Shown here piece by piece: positions 7,291 through 11,181 of a stretch of DNA of 11,181 bases. Positions within the stretch are counted from its first letter, which is position 1. Each line of letters begins with the position of its first letter. Under the pieces are notes generated by a model. That model searched no databases, was not told the origin of the DNA, and worked only from the letters and a program-made list of their open reading frames with translations. Location: UHGV virus genome UHGV-0130923. One strand, 5' to 3'. A program made the position numbers and the translations under genes. The DNA is from a virus.

Positions 7291-8331
7291 ATGGTTGATT
7301 TATATTCGCCTGCCCAGCTTGTGCAGGTGGCTAATGCTGAAGATGTGCAAAAAAAATTAAATGCGTTGTTTACCAGTTTGTTTTTCACTCGCTCGGTAAT
7401 GTTTGAATCGAGAGACATTATTCTTGATACGATCGACGATCCAAATATCCCGATCGCGGCGTTTTGCTCTCCTATGGTGGGCAGTAAGGTTTCACGAGAT
7501 GAGGGATACGAATCAAAGACAATTCGTCCAGGCTATATGAAGCCGAAAAGCAGCATTGATCCAAATAAGTTAGCTGTGCGCCCTGCGGGTGTATCACCTG
7601 AGCAATACAATGCTTTTGGAGCGCGTAATATTAAAGTTAAACAGGCGATTGTAAATCAGGCTAAAGCTATTCGTGCACGTATTGAATGGCTTGCCGTTCA
7701 GGCAATCACAACGGGGAAAAATATCATTGAGGGCGATGGTATTGAACGTTATGAGCTGGACTGGAATATTAAACCACAAAATATCATCACTCAGTCTGGC
7801 GGTGCTGAGTGGTCAGGTAAGGATAAAGAAACTTTTGATCCAAATGATGATATTGAGAGCTACGCAGAATTTAGTGAGGGCGTCACTAATATCATCATTA
7901 TGGGCGGTAATGTATGGAAGAAATACCGTTCATTCAGAGCGATAAAAGAGGCTCTGGATACCCGTCGTGGTTCTAATGCCGAACTGGAAACGGCCCTTAA
8001 AGACCTTGGTGATTCGGTGAGTTTTAAAGGGTATATGGGCGATGTTGCGATTGTTGTATACAGCGGGCGTTATACCGACGAGGACGGAACTGAAAAACAT
8101 TTCCTTGATCCTGATTTGATGGTGCTTGGCAATACGGCTCTTCAGGGGATTGTCGCCTATGGCGGTATTCAGGATCCGGAGCTAATCCGAATGGGGCTGA
8201 CTAAAGCCGAACTTGCACCGAAAAACTATATTGTGCCTGGTGATCCGGCTATTGAATATGTGCAGACACATTCAGCACCACAGCCAATACCGGCCCGCAT
8301 CAATCGTTTTGTTACCGTTCGCATTGGCTAA
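7291..8331 (+). CDS. Island-encoded divergent homolog of the lambda major capsid protein gpE
   Basis: ATG at 7291 with AAAGAGGA upstream. The product aligns with lambda gpE along its length: ITQSGGAEWSGKDKETFDPNDDIESYA vs ITQSGGTEWSKRDKSTYDPTDDIEAYA, TRRGSNAELETALKDLG vs TRRGSNSELETAVKDLG, GDVAIVVYSG and MVLGNT shared. It is far more divergent than the flanking helper fragments. Confidence 0.85.
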   Translation: MVDLYSPAQLVQVANAEDVQKKLNALFTSLFFTRSVMFESRDIILDTIDDPNIPIAAFCSPMVGSKVSRDEGYESKTIRPGYMKPKSSIDPNKLAVRPAGVSPEQYNAFGARNIKVKQAIVNQAKAIRARIEWLAVQAITTGKNIIEGDGIERYELDWNIKPQNIITQSGGAEWSGKDKETFDPNDDIESYAEFSEGVTNIIIMGGNVWKKYRSFRAIKEALDTRRGSNAELETALKDLGDSVSFKGYMGDVAIVVYSGRYTDEDGTEKHFLDPDLMVLGNTALQGIVAYGGIQDPELIRMGLTKAELAPKNYIVPGDPAIEYVQTHSAPQPIPARINRFVTVRIG

Positions 8332-8340
8332 GGGGGAGCA

Positions 8341-8682
8341 ATGGCTACTCATTACACTGAACTCATGGCTGGCACTGAAGCACTGGTGACTACGCTGGGG
8401 ATATTTTCAGCTAATAAAGGGGTAATTCCTGCATTTACGCCACTGATGCAGGAAGATGCAACAGGTGCACTGGTGGTATGGGATGGTTCGAGCGTAGGTA
8501 AAGCGGTTTATGTTTCCGCTGTACAAATCGACACCGCGAAAAAAACACAGGCTCAGGTCTATAAGACAGGTGTCTTAAATGTTGATGCTCTGAACTGGCC
8601 TGAGTCTGTAAAAGAACTGTCAGTAAAGATTGCAGCGTTTGTTGGCTCAGGTATTTCTGTTCAGCCGCTGGCTCGTGTGTAA
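8341..8682 (+). CDS. Island-encoded homolog of the lambda head decoration protein gpD
   Basis: 113 aa with an AAGGGGGAG ribosome-binding site. TPLMQEDATGALVVWDGSS...YKTGVLNVDALNWPE...AAFVGSGISV parallels lambda gpD TPLMLDTSSRKLVAWDGTT...YKSGTFRYEDVLWPE...TAFAGTAISIV. Confidence 0.8.
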   Translation: MATHYTELMAGTEALVTTLGIFSANKGVIPAFTPLMQEDATGALVVWDGSSVGKAVYVSAVQIDTAKKTQAQVYKTGVLNVDALNWPESVKELSVKIAAFVGSGISVQPLARV

Positions 8683-8693
8683 AGGGGGATACA

Positions 8694-9077
8694 ATGCAGA
8701 ATCTTTACAATGACCTTAAGCCAATTGCCGAAATGATGTATCCGGATCCAGCAGTAGAGGAATTAAAGGCTATTGCTGACAAAATGCGTTTAAGCGAGCG
8801 TCTTGTTGATATGAATCAGGTGATGGAACTTACAACCCTGAGTCGTCGTACACTGCTAAACCTTGAAGCACGTGGAGAGTTCCCCGAACGCGTGCAGGTT
8901 ACGGAAGGGCGTAAGGCCTGGTATTTAAGCGAAGTGATCGACTGGATAAACAATATTCCGCGCGCTTCTGAATATTGCCGCGTACCTGTCCCAAAAAAGC
9001 CAGATGCGGCGCTATGCCTCAAGATTGAGCGTGTACGCCGCAATGCGCGGGATGGTCGCTATAAGCTGATTGGTTGA
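8694..9077 (+). CDS. Second AlpA-family HTH protein, directly upstream of cos
   Basis: 127 aa with an AAAGGGGGA ribosome-binding site. Contains MELTTLSRRTLLNLEARGEFPERVQVTEGRKAWYLSEVIDWIN, an AlpA-like motif. Co-oriented and tightly spaced with the E and D homologs. Confidence 0.6.
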   Translation: MQNLYNDLKPIAEMMYPDPAVEELKAIADKMRLSERLVDMNQVMELTTLSRRTLLNLEARGEFPERVQVTEGRKAWYLSEVIDWINNIPRASEYCRVPVPKKPDAALCLKIERVRRNARDGRYKLIG

Positions 9078-9103
9078 TGAAATTAGGGCCCGTTCTGGCT
9101 GGC

Positions 9104-9167
9104 GGGTCCTTTCCGGCGATCCGACAGGTTACGGGGCGGCGACCTCGCGGGTTTTCGCTATTTATGA
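9104..9167. other. Lambda-type cos site (cosQ-side sequence, cosN GGGCGGCGACCT at 9134-9145, first cosB element)
   Basis: GGGTCCTTTCCGGCGATCCGACAGGTTACG-GGGCGGCGACCT-CGCGGGTTTTCGCTATTTATGA matches the lambda genome ends as I recall them (right end ...CCGACAGGTTACG, left end GGGCGGCGACCTCGCGGGTTTTCGCTATTTATGA...). Sequence after 9167 no longer matches lambda cosB. A Nu1-like gene follows ~150 bp downstream, as in lambda. Confidence 0.8.
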
Positions 9168-9293
9168 GCATTTTTAGGGGACTGGTGGTGGTTTTGTTGT
9201 TCGCTATATCTGTATGAATAATAAGAGAAAAACACAATCAACACACCAACCTGAAACAGTAATTAAGTTGTGGTATCAATGAAATTGCACCTG

Positions 9294-9821
9294 ATGAACA
9301 AAAAAAACATGGCAAAAAGTTGCCGTGTAAGCGCCACTGCGTTCGATAAGTGGGGAGTGATTCCCGTCGAGCGTAAGGGCCGCGAGGCGTTTTATGATGT
9401 CGCCAGTGTAATAGATAATCGGGTTAACAATGCAATCAGCCAGATTACAAACGAAACGGGCGAGATTGATGATGATGAACTCCTACGAGTCAGGATCAGA
9501 TTGCTGACAGCACAGGCAGAGGCGCAGGAGCTTAAAAACGAGCGCGAACGCGGCGACGTTATTGATACAGCGTTTTGTATATACGTGCTTTCAAAACTGG
9601 CGAGTCAGATTTCTTCAATCATGGACAGCCTGCCGCTTGCCATGACAAGGAAGTTTCCCGACATGAAGCCGTCTATGCTGGATGGACTGAAAAAAGAAGT
9701 TATCAGAGCCTGTAACGCATGCGCAAAACTTGACGAAAACATACCGCTGATGCTGTCCGATTATCTGATGGAAACTGCCGGAAACGTACCGGATAAGTTG
9801 CAGCTGAATAAAGATAAGTAA
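9294..9821 (+). CDS. Nu1-like terminase small subunit
   Basis: LTAQAEAQELKNERERGDVIDTAFCIYVLSKLASQISSIMDSLPLAMTRKFP...LDENIPLMLSDYLMETAG parallels lambda Nu1 LTRAQADAQELKNARDSAEVVETAFCTFVLSRIAGEIASILDGLPLSVQRRFP...LDELIPGLLSEYIEQSG. Start chosen at ATG 9294 (MNKKNM...) by analogy with Nu1 MEVNKKQ; ATG 9279 and GTG 9270 are alternatives. Confidence 0.75.
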   Translation: MNKKNMAKSCRVSATAFDKWGVIPVERKGREAFYDVASVIDNRVNNAISQITNETGEIDDDELLRVRIRLLTAQAEAQELKNERERGDVIDTAFCIYVLSKLASQISSIMDSLPLAMTRKFPDMKPSMLDGLKKEVIRACNACAKLDENIPLMLSDYLMETAGNVPDKLQLNKDK

Positions 9822-9832
9822 CGTAGTACGCT

Positions 9833-10114
9833 ATGACTGAATCCGAAATACTGCGATTAATCCGCCGTGCTTGTGGAATCAGCAAGCAGCATGACGAACA
9901 GGCCACGCAGCCGGACAGCGTGATCGCCGAAAATTACGCGCGTGTTGTTGCTGATGTGATGCGCCGTGATGGTATTGAGCTTAACGGCGTGGATATGCGC
10001 GACATACGGATCAGATTCCTTGAGTTGCTGGCATACCGTCGCCGTTCTCAACAACGAAGGGAGAGCGCGAAAAACACTTATCAGTGGAAGAAGCCGGAAC
10101 GGTTGCGGCGGTAG
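9833..10114 (+). CDS. Hypothetical Arg-rich small protein, possibly a vestigial terminase large subunit (gpA) N-terminal fragment
   Basis: 93-aa ORF immediately after the Nu1-like gene, where gpA begins in lambda. Weak resemblance of SEILRLIRRACGIS...AENYA to gpA N-terminus SQVNRLRHFVRAGLRS...ADANYY; the remainder is Arg-rich. Weak ribosome-binding site. Confidence 0.3.
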   Translation: MTESEILRLIRRACGISKQHDEQATQPDSVIAENYARVVADVMRRDGIELNGVDMRDIRIRFLELLAYRRRSQQRRESAKNTYQWKKPERLRR

Positions 10115-10744
10115 ATTCCTGATATTCAGGAAAACCACGAATCCGGGGGTTTTACTGGCGCGGTGTACACGGTGGAACGTATAGCGTTACCTGACTTATT
10201 GCATTGTAAAAAGTTGAAAGGCACGGCCTGTAAGATGGGATGTTGTGAGTAGTTTAAAGCTACCCGCAAATTCTTTCGTTGTGCTGGCACAGGCGGTTAA
10301 ACCGTCGGTAACTGGATAATCCCCACTGGGGGAAAAGCTGGCTACATCCCTCACATCTGAGGACTGATAACGCAAAATTGCGTTGGCTGGCAGAGTGCAA
10401 ATTTGCACGATGGCCTAACCCATTGATTCTTTCGAAAACCCCCATTGGGGGAGAACGGGGGAATAAACCTGACTCATTGATTTTTCCACAATCCTTAATT
10501 TGAGGAAGCTGGATAGTTGCACTACCCAAAAAGTGCAGTACCCACATAGCTGCTTAATAGCGTTTATTTTTTCCGCACACCTCAAATCTGAGAAGGCCGG
10601 AATGATGACATGGCAGGATTATGATTCCTTGATTTCAAGGAGTCCTCCAGTGTGAAAATGAAATTATCTGGGCTGGTGGGTGAGTTGCTGATCTGCAACT
10701 CGGCTATGAAACTTAATAATCGAACAGCATGTAAATTCATTTCT

Positions 10745-10769
10745 GTGTATTGCAGCATGTATTGCAACA
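10745..10769. promoter_or_regulatory. attR arm-type repeats (putative integrase arm-binding sites)
   Basis: TGTGTATTGCAGC (10745-10757) and ATGTATTGCAAC (10758-10769), the same motif family as at 205-241 in the left end. Confidence 0.5.
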
Positions 10770-10842
10770 TAGTCATTCTGGTAGAGATTATGCTCTATTT
10801 TTCCTCTTATATCATTCACATACTTACGTCATTGACTCATGT

Positions 10843-10852
10843 AACCCAAGCA
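10843..10852. other. attR core: right copy of the 10-bp direct repeat AACCCAAGCA
   Basis: Identical to 84-93; the capsid reading frame resumes immediately (P-K-H-E-V-N-P-Q). Confidence 0.75.
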
Positions 10853-11181
10853 TGAGGTGAATCCGCAGATGACCCTGCGTCGCCTGCCGGATGAAGATCC
10901 GCAGAATCTGGCGGACCCGGCTTACCGCCGCCGTCGCATCATCATGCAGAACATGCGTGACGAAGAGCTGGCCATTGCTCAGGTCGAAGAGATGCAGGCA
11001 GTTTCTGCCGTGCTTAAGGGCAAATACACCATGACCGGTGAAGCCTTTGATCCGGTTGAGGTGGATATGGGGCGCAGTGCGGCGAACAACATCACACAGT
11101 CCGGTGGCACGGAGTGGAGCAAGCGCGACAAGTCCACGTATGACCCGACCGACGATATCGAAGCCTACGCGCTGAACGCCA
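10845..11181 (+). CDS. E: Lambda E-like major capsid protein, distal fragment of the helper prophage gene (runs off the window end)
   Basis: Frame from 10845 reads PKHEVNPQMTLRRLPDEDPQNLADPAYRRRRIIMQNMRDEELAIAQVEEMQAVSAVLKGKYTMTGEAFDPVEVDMGRSAANNITQSGGTEWSKRDKSTYDPTDDIEAYALNA, which continues lambda gpE from residue ~80 as I recall it. An in-frame TAA at 10842-10844 immediately precedes it. Confidence 0.8.

Larger units (their letters stand above)
84..10852. mobile_element. Integrative phage-satellite-like island inserted in the lambda-like major capsid gene
   Basis: Direct repeats at both ends, a tyrosine integrase at the left end, shared arm-type motifs inside both ends, and a replication, capsid and cos-packaging gene set between them. 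Flanking sequence on both sides is one interrupted capsid ORF. Confidence 0.8.

Noticed and set aside
6438-7418. Minus-strand ORFs over the SSB region and the capsid-gene leader (6438..6662, 6469..6837, 6795..7160, 7000..7260, 7194..7418)
   Set aside because: Antisense to better-supported plus-strand genes or crossing the intergenic hairpin; no ribosome-binding sites or homology noticed.
10196-10855. ORFs in the right-end region (10196..10408 minus, 10260..10547 minus, 10582..10776 minus, 10652..10855 plus)
   Set aside because: They cross palindromes, arm repeats and the att core, with no ribosome-binding sites and implausible compositions. The region is treated as non-coding.

Overview
The window appears to be an integrative, satellite-like island of about 10.76 kb (roughly 84..10852) inserted inside the major capsid gene of a lambda-like prophage. 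The first ~124 nt translate to ...LYVSPIVSGEVIRSRGGSTSEFTPGYVKPKH and the last ~340 nt to (H)EVNPQMTLRRLPDEDPQ...DDIEAYALNA, which I recognise from memory as the two contiguous halves of lambda gpE; a 10-bp direct repeat AACCCAAGCA brackets the insert at exactly that split. Left to right the island carries: a P4-family tyrosine integrase and an AlpA-family gene; an AT-rich cargo locus with a minus-strand membrane protein; a YlcI/YnfO-like gene divergent from a plus-strand operon across an operator-repeat region; a primase-helicase followed by an iteron array (putative ori); an SSB-like gene; its own divergent homologs of lambda E and D; a second AlpA-family gene; a lambda-type cos site; and a Nu1-like small terminase. 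I read this as a phage satellite that parks in its helper's capsid gene and carries its own capsid shell, decoration and packaging-specificity genes, but all homology calls are from memory and pattern, not from searches. No rRNA, tRNA or CRISPR array was found.
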